The translations under genes and the position numbers were made by a program. A stretch of DNA of 53,453 nucleotides from Escherichia virus TH37: the sequence record MT446409.1; one strand, 5' to 3'. The notes under the pieces are model-generated. The model did no database searches. It was given only the letters and a program-made list of their open reading frames with translations, and was not told the origin of the DNA. Shown here piece by piece: positions 1-10,130 of this stretch; the stretch's first letter is position 1, and every line of letters begins with the position of its first letter.

Positions 1-543
1 AGATATTGAGTACCAGAATATTGAGCATCTAAGCAAAAGCCTAAACGAGTATCGCATTCACCCGTTGTCTCAACCTTTAACCAATCCAAAGCCAGACGAA
101 CATAAGTGAATGGCGTAGAAGGACGTTCAGCTTTAGGCATGTTCATCATGCGAGCAAGTGAACCAGCTGGATTCTGAGCAACATAAGTTAAACGCTTAGC
201 AGAAGTCCAGTCTCCACCGGAAATATCTTCCAGCTCTGCCATAAACATGTTGTATGCAATGGTAGTAGAACCATCTTCGTTAAACTTCTTAACGATGTTC
301 TCAACATTGTGAGAATACAAGCAACGAGCAAAGTCAGATGATTGTGGGTTAGGACCAGCACATGCTACATGGTACAGACGACCACGGTTATCAGCAAAGT
401 AGTCAGAGAACAGAGTGTCCTGACCAACCATTGCTACAGCATTGTTCCAAACATGGAGTTCAGTCTGGATTGCTTCTGGCATCTGCAAGCCACCATAAGT
501 ACGTTGTTCAATCATAGACTGGATGATGCGAACCATCTCAGTC
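1..543. repeat. Direct repeat of window end 52911-53453 (wrap-around of circular or terminally redundant genome)
   Basis: Positions 115-543 identical to 53025-53453; positions 1-114 differ at about 11 sites from 52911-53024. Confidence 0.9.
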
Positions 544-1217
544 TCCACATGGTACTCAGTATCTTGCAGGAATTCGATTGCAGCTTTCAGAGTCTTGGAT
601 GGCTTAACTTTGCCACCTTTAACGAAAGGCTTGCGACGAGATTCAGTTGTTACACGCTCAGTGAATGGAACTGAGGTATCTTTGGTTGTAACCAGTTCAA
701 CCCATGCGTCAGTCATCTGGAACGATTTGTCCTCGTTCATGGTGATGAAGCCAAAGTGCTTAGCTAAACCAATGAGGTTGATAGCTGGGTCAACATAGTG
801 CATTGACTTTAAGTCGTTGTTGTAACGGTTGGCATCAGCAATAGAAGAAGAAGCCAGCTCAACCATTGCAATGGCTGGGACAACATCATCACGAGTGAAT
901 GAGGTCATCATCTTGAAGATTGCGAGAGCAGCAATAGCACAGGTCTGAGGCTGCATATAGTTCTGTTTCTCTTTGGCACGGTATACCAGAGCCGTGATAG
1001 CAGGGACAACGGATTTGATAGTTTGAGTTGAGATAGTTGTCATTTTGCGAGTCTCCAAGTTAGTTTCGGTTTTAGTTTCGGATTGTGTAGCAGCAGTGAT
1101 TTCGTTAACCATTTGGTTGCAACGGTCCATCGTATCAAGCACGTCTTTCCAACCGTGGCCTTCTTCTTTTAAGCGAGCGCCATCAGCAGCCAGTGCACGA
1201 TATTCTTCATTAGTCAT
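1..1217 (-). CDS. T7-like single-subunit RNA polymerase, N-terminal part (gene runs off the window start; continues at 52013-53453 if the genome is circular)
   Basis: Minus-strand frame open from 1289 to 1; contains ...FADNRGRLYHVACAGPNPQ matching T7 RNAP FPYNMDWRGRVYAV; ATG at 1217 has GGAGA 5 nt upstream (alternative ATG at 1044); motif A-like LDAQYSGTQYL at window edge. Confidence 0.8.
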   Translation of the reverse strand, partial: MTNEEYRALAADGARLKEEGHGWKDVLDTMDRCNQMVNEITAATQSETKTETNLETRKMTTISTQTIKSVVPAITALVYRAKEKQNYMQPQTCAIAALAIFKMMTSFTRDDVVPAIAMVELASSSIADANRYNNDLKSMHYVDPAINLIGLAKHFGFITMNEDKSFQMTDAWVELVTTKDTSVPFTERVTTESRRKPFVKGGKVKPSKTLKAAIEFLQDTEYHVETEMVRIIQSMIEQRTYGGLQMPEAIQTELHVWNNAVAMVGQDTLFSDYFADNRGRLYHVACAGPNPQSSDFARCLYSHNVENIVKKFNEDGSTTIAYNMFMAELEDISGGDWTSAKRLTYVAQNPAGSLARMMNMPKAERPSTPFTYVRLALDWLKVETTGECDTRLGFCLDAQYSGTQY

Positions 1218-1279
1218 GATAGTCTCCAATTGATTATGATTTAACTGAAACGGATTAGACTTGCGTAGCCTATTCATAA

Positions 1280-1295
1280 TCACAACCAACTAATG
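1280..1295 (-). promoter_or_regulatory. Conserved phage promoter-like motif (gene-sense CATTAGTTGGTTGTGA), copy 1, 63 nt upstream of RNAP start
   Basis: One of 8 intergenic copies of a 16-mer, plus-strand consensus TCACATCCAACTAATG, all in the same orientation. Confidence 0.5.
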
Positions 1296-1824
1296 GTGAG
1301 ACTAGCTCATTACAACAGCGTGCTCTGATTGCCCTTGACCTTGACCCACTACCTAACTTGGTGTTGTTTGAAAGCCGATAGGCTGTAGAAAAAGTTGGGG
1401 TAGGGACCGTATTTAAGTCCGATAGGACGTTGGGCTTCCCCTCCCCGCCACCTCAAAAATAAAAAATAATATTAGGCGAACAAAGTGAGCAATTGCCACA
1501 ATTCTAGTCTCATTAATATTGTAGCAATTCGAGTCTCATTAATTCCGTAACAATATTTAAATTAAAAAAAAATTATATAAAAATTTTTATAACATAGTCG
1601 GACTTCTGTTCGAACAAATTCCGGCTAGATACAGCTGACCGACCATTTACCATTTGGTTTTGAACTTTACGCATTCCTAATATTACTCTAATATTGTAGC
1701 AATATTGGGAATAAGTAATATTGAAAACTTACTTATTTTATTCTAGCTCAAAGAGAAACGACGCTAACGCATCGAATCTCTTCTCACATATTAACTGACA
1801 AACGTCAGCCTTCACCATATCCAA

Positions 1825-2943
1825 TCATAATTCAAATCCACCCAGAGCATTGGTATCAACTTCGGAGTCAATTTGCCCAACCAGGTAGGAACTAATCTCC
1901 GTTTCCTGTGGAGCAACTTGTACAGCATCCGAATTCAACCATGCGTTAATCCATGGAATAGGATTCGTAGCACCTTTGAATGGGGCATCCAATCCAACTG
2001 CTTGCATACGAATATTCGTGATATATTCGACATATCCGCACAGAATTTGCTTGTTTAAGCCAATCATGGAGCCATCTTTGAACAGATAATCGGCCCAATC
2101 TTTCTCTTGTTGGGCAGCATCTTCGAACAATTTCTGGCATTCTTCGCGGCATTCTTGGGCAATTTCACCCATTTCTGGGTCATCTTTGCCACTCACCAGG
2201 ATATTCAACATGTGCTGAGTTCCAGTCAAATGGAGTGCTTCATCTCGTGCAATCAGTCGAATAATCTTGGCATTTCCTTCCATTAACTTGCGTTCAGCGA
2301 AGGCAAATGAGCAAGCAAAGCTAACATAGAAGCGAATTGCTTCAAGTGCGTTGATAGACATGAGGCATAAATAGAGCTTCTTCTTCAACTCACGAAGACT
2401 GATTTCATGACCAGCATGGTTCCCTTCTCCGAACAACTGCCATAATGCGGTTAGTTCTTGAAGCTCGTCATAATATTGGGAGATGCCAATTGCTCGTGCT
2501 TTGATATGCTCGTTAGTTACGATTTCATCAAAGATAATGCTTGGGTCTGTAACAATATTACGAATGATGTGGGTGTAAGAACGTGAATGGATAGTCTCGG
2601 AGAAAGACCAAGTTTCAATCCAAGTTTCAAGCTCAGGAATGCTCACAATTGGAAGCAAAACTGTGTTCGGTCCACGTCCTTGAATTGAGTCCAGAAGGAT
2701 TTGATATCGCAAATTACTGGTGAAAATGTGCTGTTCGTTTGCTGGAAGCTTCTGGTAATCAATACGGTCTTGTGAAACATCTACCTCTTCCGGTCTCCAG
2801 AAGAACGACAATTGTTTCTCAATCAACTTCTCAAATATGCCATACTTCTGCTGGTCATAGCGAGCAACGTTGACGTTCTGACCAAAGAACATTGGTTCTA
2901 ATAATTGGTTATTCTTGGTTTGTGAAAAGGTAGTGTAAGACAT
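1825..2943 (-). CDS. nrdB: Ribonucleotide reductase class Ia beta subunit (NrdB)
   Basis: 372 aa collinear with and near-identical to E. coli NrdB as recalled ([14 protein letters not shown]..., ...[21 protein letters not shown]). Confidence 0.95.
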   Translation of the reverse strand: MSYTTFSQTKNNQLLEPMFFGQNVNVARYDQQKYGIFEKLIEKQLSFFWRPEEVDVSQDRIDYQKLPANEQHIFTSNLRYQILLDSIQGRGPNTVLLPIVSIPELETWIETWSFSETIHSRSYTHIIRNIVTDPSIIFDEIVTNEHIKARAIGISQYYDELQELTALWQLFGEGNHAGHEISLRELKKKLYLCLMSINALEAIRFYVSFACSFAFAERKLMEGNAKIIRLIARDEALHLTGTQHMLNILVSGKDDPEMGEIAQECREECQKLFEDAAQQEKDWADYLFKDGSMIGLNKQILCGYVEYITNIRMQAVGLDAPFKGATNPIPWINAWLNSDAVQVAPQETEISSYLVGQIDSEVDTNALGGFEL

Positions 2944-2945
2944 TA

Positions 2946-3506
2946 TTATTTATTTCCTAAATACTTATAAAATTTATGTCCGCCATAAGTTCCTCTTCCA
3001 ACAACTCTTTTGAAATTACATTTCTCTGTAGCTGTGCAGAAGTGGGTGGCATCGGTTACATCCGGAGCATCCAACAATGCGAAGTTAATTGCTACATTCA
3101 TGGTGTCCCAAACCTGTTTTGATTCAGTCTTCCAATTTGTTTTAACTATGTTCTTCCATTGAGCATTCTTCTTCTTTGCTTCTCTTGTCCAAGCAAACTG
3201 GTTGCGTTGATAAACTACATCGCAAACGGTGTTAGCGAATGGCTTCCCGAATTTGATTCGATTACGGACGACATTAGCTACCAGAATCTTTCCATGTTTG
3301 CTTTCTCCACGAGCTTCAAACCAAATTACTTTGGCATAGCATTCTATATCTTTGCGTTGAGAAATAGATAGTTTCGGATTTCCATTTAAATAAGATTGAC
3401 TTGCAAATTCTGTAATAGTGGCGTTCACTGCCCCAGCCGAAGCTGGGACATTTGCGTGAAACAGACTCACCAACAGAAATGCAAGAACTTGTGCTGAGGG
3501 CATCAT
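2946..3506 (-). CDS. Endolysin, SleB/Hydrolase_2-type cell wall hydrolase with N-terminal signal or SAR sequence
   Basis: N-terminal hydrophobic leader [26 protein letters not shown]; WFEARGE and [13 protein letters not shown] motifs; adjacent to holin-like gene. Confidence 0.6.
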   Translation of the reverse strand: MMPSAQVLAFLLVSLFHANVPASAGAVNATITEFASQSYLNGNPKLSISQRKDIECYAKVIWFEARGESKHGKILVANVVRNRIKFGKPFANTVCDVVYQRNQFAWTREAKKKNAQWKNIVKTNWKTESKQVWDTMNVAINFALLDAPDVTDATHFCTATEKCNFKRVVGRGTYGGHKFYKYLGNK

Positions 3507-3521
3507 AGTTCCTTGTTTGCA

Positions 3522-3863
3522 TTATTTGGCCTTCTTAAACCAATTGAGTGGGTTGAGTTGTTTGATTGCAGCAGTGAAGCAATCTCGAATTGTGGTAATG
3601 ATTAGGTTAGCCCCAATCAAACCAATCACCATTGCGGCGATTGTGGCATAGCGCGGTTCATCTTTGAATATGTCCACGAAGCCTGGGAGGGAGAAAACGA
3701 ACGTACCAATGACCACACAAAGGAGGGCATCAAGAATAGCTTTCAGCAAGCCTTCCTTTTCATATGCCCCACGAATAAGTGCAGTCAATCCAGCCAGGAG
3801 TCCATGAAGAACTCCATACTGGTGCATTGCTTCCCAAACCATCTGGAAAGTTTGTCTATCCAT
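3522..3863 (-). CDS. Holin-like membrane protein (3 predicted TM segments, charged C-terminus)
   Basis: 113 aa, three hydrophobic stretches, C-terminal NWFKKAK, directly upstream of endolysin. Confidence 0.5.
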   Translation of the reverse strand: MDRQTFQMVWEAMHQYGVLHGLLAGLTALIRGAYEKEGLLKAILDALLCVVIGTFVFSLPGFVDIFKDEPRYATIAAMVIGLIGANLIITTIRDCFTAAIKQLNPLNWFKKAK

Positions 3864-4393
3864 TAGATTTCATTCCAGTCGATTGTTTTAGTTAAGTCCA
3901 TTCGAGACACAAGGATGCGCTTCTTCTTCAATTCAAGAAGAGCTTCTTCATCACCTTTCTCTTGCATCTTGAGTTCAAACACACTATCAAGCAGAGCAAT
4001 CTGTTCTGATAAACGAGAGATTACTTTACCCTGACGGAACTTGTTGAACAGTATGCGGTTCTCAGTGTGAGGTACAAACTTCTTACCATCAAACTTCCAG
4101 AAGTGCATTTCTTCTGCAACACCTTCTGGTAGGACATCCAATTCAACTATGTTTCCACCTAGCGGCGTAGCCACAGTGTCACCAGGTCCAAAGTCGATAT
4201 GACGAATAGAGCCATCATTCTCATACACGACCTTGGCAGTTCCATCTTTAAGACTCTTTCGAATCTTATACCAGCACTTACCATTCTCGTCACACCCGAA
4301 GATAATTTTGTGCTCATCCTTAAGCACTTGCTGGTTTTCAGTTAAGTTTGTGTTCTCAACAAACCCTTTATAGTTACACAGAATAGCTGTCAT
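3863..4393 (-). CDS. Putative tail fiber assembly protein/chaperone
   Basis: 176 aa ORF immediately downstream of tail fiber genes; positional inference only. Confidence 0.35.
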   Translation of the reverse strand: MTAILCNYKGFVENTNLTENQQVLKDEHKIIFGCDENGKCWYKIRKSLKDGTAKVVYENDGSIRHIDFGPGDTVATPLGGNIVELDVLPEGVAEEMHFWKFDGKKFVPHTENRILFNKFRQGKVISRLSEQIALLDSVFELKMQEKGDEEALLELKKKRILVSRMDLTKTIDWNEI

Positions 4394-5726
4394 ACCATGT
4401 TCCGTTCATATATTTCTGCAATTTACGACGACCAACGTAGTCAATAAATTCATCAGAAGTTGTGTTATAGCACGATGTAATGACCCAACCAGATTCATCG
4501 CGGTAGCCAGGGCCACGCCATGCAGCAGTTTCTTGGTAGGATGCTAAACGAATGTCACTCATGAAATAGGCATTGACCCAATTCTCTCGTGCAAATCGGA
4601 AAGGACCGCCATTACCAGTGTAGTCGATGTTACCATCAAGGCCGAACATCCAGTTATGCACTGCTCCGTCATCGCTTCGGCGTGAAATTACAGGACTTGA
4701 GAAGTCCGATGTTCTGGTGTATGCACCAAAGGAAATCCAAGAGCCGTACCCGTAACCAGTTGTGATTGTGTTCAGTGTTACGATTGGGACCCATGAGTCT
4801 GGTGCAACATTACAACTGTATACACCATAAGGGACGTTGCCATCTGCCTCCTGACCCCAACCACGACCCCAAGTTATGCCGCGATACTGCCCAAGCAAAT
4901 CAAGCTTAAAGTCCCGACCAGTGCCAAGTAACTTAAGTTGGTTGTGCCCTTCTGCGATAAGACGTGCAGTAAAATCCAAACCAGAGTTTGCATAGTGGAA
5001 GTCAATATATGGAAGGTTATTGTACAACTCTATTGCACCAACTTCTGTGATTCGGTCACGCTGATTAACTCGTGCAAGCTCTCTCCAGTTGGCCCAATTC
5101 TGCGAGGCATCTAGTGTACGACTTCGAACCCAAACGTTTCCGTAAATTGATGTATAACGTTGCTGAACATTGTATGCAGTTGGAAGAACTTCCAAAGTAC
5201 CAGCCGCTGCCGCAGGGTATCCACCAGCAGAGCCAGCAACAGTATCAGACTCTTGATAGTAGATACCAACATCTGATGCACTTGTAAGCGCATTAATGTT
5301 CATGGTTCCGGCATTCTTGCAAGTCATTACAGCATGTGCTATATACGACCTGCCACCAGATGGACCTTGCGAGTAGTACATAATCGGAGGTCGTGCTGCA
5401 TCACCATGCGATACTAGGATTGTCGCTTTGCTGATATCAGACACGCCAAGAACAGTAATGATTACATACGCACCGCTTATAGAAGATAAGTCCCACCTCT
5501 GTAACTCTGGGGGAATGTTGACAGCAGAACTCATTTCAACATACAGAACCTCACCGTTTACAAAAGTGTAGGTATTGAAGTTGAAGTTTCTTACAAATGC
5601 TGTGGTTGGAATCTGGGCATTCTTTTGTCCAACAGTGATTACCTCACCACGAGCAGTACCTGCATTTAAGAATGCAGCAGACTTTAAGGCGGCAACTAAG
5701 CCGCCAAATGACCAACCTTTAGCCAT
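4374..5726 (-). CDS. Tail fiber protein (distal/receptor-binding part)
   Basis: 450 aa, Gly/Tyr/Ser-rich, last of three consecutive fiber-like genes. Confidence 0.5.
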   Translation of the reverse strand: MAKGWSFGGLVAALKSAAFLNAGTARGEVITVGQKNAQIPTTAFVRNFNFNTYTFVNGEVLYVEMSSAVNIPPELQRWDLSSISGAYVIITVLGVSDISKATILVSHGDAARPPIMYYSQGPSGGRSYIAHAVMTCKNAGTMNINALTSASDVGIYYQESDTVAGSAGGYPAAAAGTLEVLPTAYNVQQRYTSIYGNVWVRSRTLDASQNWANWRELARVNQRDRITEVGAIELYNNLPYIDFHYANSGLDFTARLIAEGHNQLKLLGTGRDFKLDLLGQYRGITWGRGWGQEADGNVPYGVYSCNVAPDSWVPIVTLNTITTGYGYGSWISFGAYTRTSDFSSPVISRRSDDGAVHNWMFGLDGNIDYTGNGGPFRFARENWVNAYFMSDIRLASYQETAAWRGPGYRDESGWVITSCYNTTSDEFIDYVGRRKLQKYMNGTWYDSYSV

Positions 5727-5735
5727 TACATTACC

Positions 5736-7127
5736 TTATAAAGTGGATATTTGGTTTGGTGTCATCTTGAAATCCCAAACTCGGAAGTTACGAACCGCAT
5801 AGTTTCTTGATGATGGGCGATAGTGAATCTGTGGGTATCTGCCAACACATGCAGCAGCAGCATTCTGAGAAGTATCAGAAGCTACACGAACACCATCAAC
5901 ATAAATCTCAAGACCAGCGGTTGTGCTGAGGGTTGCAACAATGCGATACCAGCGATTCACCTGCCCAGGAAGGGTGTAGTAAATCCAGTCAGAACCAGCA
6001 GCAGAGCTTCGGCTAACTTGGAGTTGTCCATTGTTCTTCAAAAGTAAGTCTATGTTCTCGCCACTAACACCATTAAGCGAGAAGTAGATGCCAACACTGC
6101 CGTCGCTATCTGGTGCACGAGGTGTGTTAGAAAGAACATCAACACAGATTGTACAATCAGTAAATCCGTACCCAGCACCCTCGTACAGCACCTCCAAAAA
6201 GTCCGGGCCAGCAATTCGGTACAAAGCTCCACCATAAGCATTATTAAAATGCAAATCGTCAGAAGCATTAATTGCACCCTTTCCATAGTAGATGTTGAAG
6301 TCACCAATCAAATGCTGGCAGAAGTTTGGTTCTGGTACAGCATACTTTGGTTCTTCACGAGCCTTAACTTCTGCAAATGTTGCATCAGTAATGATTCGAG
6401 AGTTGGTGTTTGTTGAAGCCTTTCCAACAACTGGAACACCACTGGCATCCAGACCAATACGTGTATCACCAGACTGCATATAGAGGCCAGCAGGACCGAA
6501 TGACAACTTTGTGGTTCCACTTGCATCAAACAACATACCTTGCTGGAATGTAACAGGTCCGGTATAAGTGCCGCCAATGATAGGCACAGCACCTGCCTGA
6601 GCAGCAGTTACTTGATGGGGATTGTTTCGGTCGTTGGCATGACTTGCAACAAGAGCATTATATTGAGCAATCAACGAATCAATTTGTGCTTTGTTGTATG
6701 CACCAATCATGTTGGCTGTTAGTCTGTGTGGGTTAGAAGTAACATCTGCAATGTGTGCAGAAATCTTACTAACAATATCGTCGTAGTCATAACGAGATAC
6801 TTGAATCGCACTTGCAGCCCACTGCCCTAAGTTCTGGCTAGGGCGCAGAGTACGACTAGGAGAACCAACAGTTGCAACATAAACAGTTCGAGTTGCATCA
6901 TCCCACACAAGGGAACCAAGTCCGTACTGAACATCAGTTCCCCATTCGAAGACACCACGTTCAGCTAATGCCAGAAGAGTAGTGTCAACCTTATACTGCA
7001 AATAGTTAAGAACCTGGAAGGTTGGGATTTCTGCAATCCACCCTTGAAGATATTTAGCATCTCCTGGGTCACGCCGTAAGTTGGCGTTGTTCGAAGTCCA
7101 GACTCTATTAAGTTTTGGTCTTAACAT
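5736..7127 (-). CDS. Tail fiber protein
   Basis: 463 aa; NPHR/NPHQ and GGTYTGPVTF motifs typical of phage tail fibers. Confidence 0.6.
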   Translation of the reverse strand: MLRPKLNRVWTSNNANLRRDPGDAKYLQGWIAEIPTFQVLNYLQYKVDTTLLALAERGVFEWGTDVQYGLGSLVWDDATRTVYVATVGSPSRTLRPSQNLGQWAASAIQVSRYDYDDIVSKISAHIADVTSNPHRLTANMIGAYNKAQIDSLIAQYNALVASHANDRNNPHQVTAAQAGAVPIIGGTYTGPVTFQQGMLFDASGTTKLSFGPAGLYMQSGDTRIGLDASGVPVVGKASTNTNSRIITDATFAEVKAREEPKYAVPEPNFCQHLIGDFNIYYGKGAINASDDLHFNNAYGGALYRIAGPDFLEVLYEGAGYGFTDCTICVDVLSNTPRAPDSDGSVGIYFSLNGVSGENIDLLLKNNGQLQVSRSSAAGSDWIYYTLPGQVNRWYRIVATLSTTAGLEIYVDGVRVASDTSQNAAAACVGRYPQIHYRPSSRNYAVRNFRVWDFKMTPNQISTL

Positions 7128-8326
7128 TATCGTCTCGCAAGCATAGAGATTTGGTTGGCAGAAAGTCTTGGATATACGGCAAAGAATCTTAGAGCCATCA
7201 CAGTCTTGTCTGCAAATAAGTTATTATCAATGTAGTCTTTCAAATCGAGTCCGTCAGGAAAGTTGAAAGAATCTCCATTGGCAGTTCGCATGACCACGTC
7301 AACTTCATCGGTAGTAACTACAACAACCACAGTAGTAGGTATGTTCAGAATCGGACCAAAGAATTTCAACCCATTGTCGGAGATTTTAAATCCACCATAC
7401 CAAAACTCTGGGTCAATGGTTGTCTCGACAGTCCACAAACCAACAGACTCTGCGTCATTAATATCTTCATGAAAGTTGGCACGGAGCATTGGCACAGGAA
7501 GTGCAAACTGATTACCATACTTAATGTTGAAGCTATTGTAGTTTGCTTCCGTGATGATTTCAAAAGCACCCGCAGAGTTGATGAACCACGCGTGTCCACC
7601 ACTGTCCACACCTATTGCAGTGGTTCCGTTGACCAATTCAAATACACCAGTCGAATCATTTCGATGTGCATATTGTGAAACACCGCTACCAGCATATGCC
7701 TCTTCGATGAAAGTTATTGGCCCTGTGAAAGTTCCGCCAGATGTTGGAAGTGTTCCAAGTTGTTCTGGAGTTACCCTGTGAACAGATGCACCAGTTTTGG
7801 AGATGTGATACGGGATTGTTGTAACTCGTTCGTCACTGGCAAACCTGTCATACACATAATCTTGAAGGTATGTCCCATCAACAATTGTGTCTACAGTATC
7901 CTTGTGCGGGTTCTGTTCTGCCATGTGGGCATTGAACGTGTTCTTGAGATATTGGACCTTTTCATTATACTGAACGAGGTTAGTCTCAAGAACTTCCTGC
8001 CACCCACTTCCAGAGGTTGAAGGATTTATATTCCCAGGAATCTCTTCCCGCTTCTGATAAATCTTACCATCAACTAATGCAAAAGCACCGAGCGAGTATG
8101 TTACAGTGTCGCACCATTGAAGTATGCCACCAAGCAACATCTCTCGAATCTTGACGTCAGTGATTTGAGTTAAGAAGTTCTGCCATTGTTCAGGAGGCTT
8201 TTCAGCTTCCCAACCAACAGTGGCATATCGGTCTGGAATATATGATGGTGCAGTTGTATCCAAGTCGGGGTCAAGTGCTTCGCCATCCTGCGCCCAATAT
8301 TCTGGGTAATTCAAACGATTTGTCAT
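7127..8326 (-). CDS. Tail fiber protein (proximal)
   Basis: 399 aa; SGGTFTGPITF motif; follows baseplate genes. Confidence 0.55.
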   Translation of the reverse strand: MTNRLNYPEYWAQDGEALDPDLDTTAPSYIPDRYATVGWEAEKPPEQWQNFLTQITDVKIREMLLGGILQWCDTVTYSLGAFALVDGKIYQKREEIPGNINPSTSGSGWQEVLETNLVQYNEKVQYLKNTFNAHMAEQNPHKDTVDTIVDGTYLQDYVYDRFASDERVTTIPYHISKTGASVHRVTPEQLGTLPTSGGTFTGPITFIEEAYAGSGVSQYAHRNDSTGVFELVNGTTAIGVDSGGHAWFINSAGAFEIITEANYNSFNIKYGNQFALPVPMLRANFHEDINDAESVGLWTVETTIDPEFWYGGFKISDNGLKFFGPILNIPTTVVVVVTTDEVDVVMRTANGDSFNFPDGLDLKDYIDNNLFADKTVMALRFFAVYPRLSANQISMLARR

Positions 8327-8967
8327 TGGTTCTCCGGTGGATAAACTTTAGAGACGTATGGAAGGTCAATAGCACCACCATTGTCTGCAAGGGTTATGGA
8401 GATGCCAACAGGTTTAAAGTCTGGCAGCATGTAAGCTAACAAGACTTTCTCAGCAACTGACAAGGTATTATGAACCTGATAGTGTAACGTCTGGAACCCT
8501 TCAACAATTTCAAGATTCAAGTTACGACCAAGAACAAGGTCTACATAAACAATCAGTTCTTCGATTGTGCAGCTTCCGACAATCTTGCGAATACGAGCAC
8601 GTATTGCGTCTTTAAGCTGAGTGTCGGTACGAACAAAGTCACCAGAGTCCCGGTCACCATCTGACTTCAAGACACCACCAACGCCAGGATTATTGTCATC
8701 TCCAGCAGGGAATGCACTTGGGTCAGAATAGAAGCCGAAGTACCCAAGTGGTGCAGCACCATAGATAGTACGGCTGGCACCAACGAGATATGCAACATCA
8801 TCAACCATGACGCCGAATGAATCAGCAAGGTAGCGATATTTAACAGACTCTTCTTGAGCATTTTGAACGAGCTTTAACTCGTCCAAGAAAATCTGGATAT
8901 ATGCCCGTAAGTTTGGAGAATCGCTATACTGCATTAGCAGCATATCTAAACCAGATTTACCAGCCAT
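8323..8967 (-). CDS. Baseplate wedge protein (P2 gpI / Mu gp48-like)
   Basis: 214 aa directly downstream of baseplate J-like gene; positional plus weak similarity. Confidence 0.4.
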   Translation of the reverse strand: MAGKSGLDMLLMQYSDSPNLRAYIQIFLDELKLVQNAQEESVKYRYLADSFGVMVDDVAYLVGASRTIYGAAPLGYFGFYSDPSAFPAGDDNNPGVGGVLKSDGDRDSGDFVRTDTQLKDAIRARIRKIVGSCTIEELIVYVDLVLGRNLNLEIVEGFQTLHYQVHNTLSVAEKVLLAYMLPDFKPVGISITLADNGGAIDLPYVSKVYPPENQ

Positions 8968-8975
8968 GATTAACC

Positions 8976-10130
8976 TTATGGTGTTTCAGTGAAAATTACA
9001 GATGCAGTTGTGGCTTCTGCCTTCTTATCAATGTCCAGTTCGATTGTAGCAATTCCAGTAGGACTTGCAGAAGTACCAATGAACAATGAGTCAACCTGAA
9101 CACCGTTGGTAGCATCCATGATAGGTTTGAAACATTCTGACCAGATAACAGAATCACCTGGGTTCAGGGAGTTGATGTAATCCATCATAGCCGTTTGCAA
9201 CTGGCGTGCAGCATCGTTGGAACTAATGTTAGAACCAGGGCGACGCTTGAATGTACCAGTTGCATAAATGGTTGCACCTTCTGGACGGCTGAACTTAACT
9301 TCGTGCGGATAACCTTTACTATCATAGATAGACACAGATGTAGTCCCGTGAGTAGGAACGCCACCTGTTTTGGATGAATAGATTCGACGAGCAATTTCGT
9401 CTTCTGTTCCACCTTCTACGACAACAAAGACTGTACCCGAAGGCTGAGTCCCAATAGGAGCGCCGGTATCATTATCACGAATACGAAGGTAAGATAGATT
9501 AAGGTCAGCGAGTGCAGCGTAAATAGCTTCAACAAAGGCCGAACCGCTGTGCGCAGTAGTCCTGTCACGGCGAGTACGAAGTGCTGGGTCAGACTCATAA
9601 TCCACACCTGTTTGACCAATCTCTGGGTTGTTAACTGATTCCCAACCTGCGACTGGTGTATTGATTTTATTAACAGTGTCGGCAGCAATATAATATTCAC
9701 CAGTTTCTGTGGCTACTGCCGTAACAGTTCCTGGAATAATGCAGTCATATTGCGTCTTGAAATCCATTGTTCCATCACTGACAATAGAGCCAGCAGGAAC
9801 AAGAGTGCCAGCCTGACCAGCACAACGGACACCAACACGAGAAGGCCAGTTAACCAATCGTTTAGTGAAGGTCAGTTCACAGATGTTGTCCAAACCAATC
9901 TTCTGCATTGCACCAGGACGATAGGCATTGAATACCATTTCAGCCTGTTGCCAGCACTTAGAGATTTCTTCCGAAATGATTCCAATAACCTGACCATCTG
10001 GGCCTTCTGGACTAATGTCAAAGTTGGCACCAAACACGCTAAGGAATCTGCTATTAATGTGCGACACGATTTCTTGAACAGGCTTCTGTACGAACCCGTT
10101 TTCAGTCACGCCGTACTGGATTGTTGCCAT
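8976..10130 (-). CDS. Baseplate J-like protein (P2 gpJ / Mu gp47-like)
   Basis: 384 aa, position in Mu/P2-type baseplate gene order. Confidence 0.5.
   Translation of the reverse strand: MATIQYGVTENGFVQKPVQEIVSHINSRFLSVFGANFDISPEGPDGQVIGIISEEISKCWQQAEMVFNAYRPGAMQKIGLDNICELTFTKRLVNWPSRVGVRCAGQAGTLVPAGSIVSDGTMDFKTQYDCIIPGTVTAVATETGEYYIAADTVNKINTPVAGWESVNNPEIGQTGVDYESDPALRTRRDRTTAHSGSAFVEAIYAALADLNLSYLRIRDNDTGAPIGTQPSGTVFVVVEGGTEDEIARRIYSSKTGGVPTHGTTSVSIYDSKGYPHEVKFSRPEGATIYATGTFKRRPGSNISSNDAARQLQTAMMDYINSLNPGDSVIWSECFKPIMDATNGVQVDSLFIGTSASPTGIATIELDIDKKAEATTASVIFTETP

Noticed and set aside
342-798. Plus-strand ORFs 342..674 and 523..798
   Set aside because: Antisense to the RNAP coding frame, low-complexity composition, no start signals; shadow ORFs
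1-1044. First impression that the split gene at the window edges was ribonucleotide reductase alpha (NrdA), because nrdB is adjacent
   Set aside because: Translation shows T7 RNAP motifs (DxRGR, DxxCSGxQ, YG, IHDxF) and no NrdA motifs; the only NrdA-like sequence in the window is the short tail ORF at 39549-39689
1045-1233. Plus-strand ORF 1045..1233
   Set aside because: The minus-strand RNAP frame stays open through this interval to an SD-preceded ATG at 1217, so this is antisense to the RNAP 5' end
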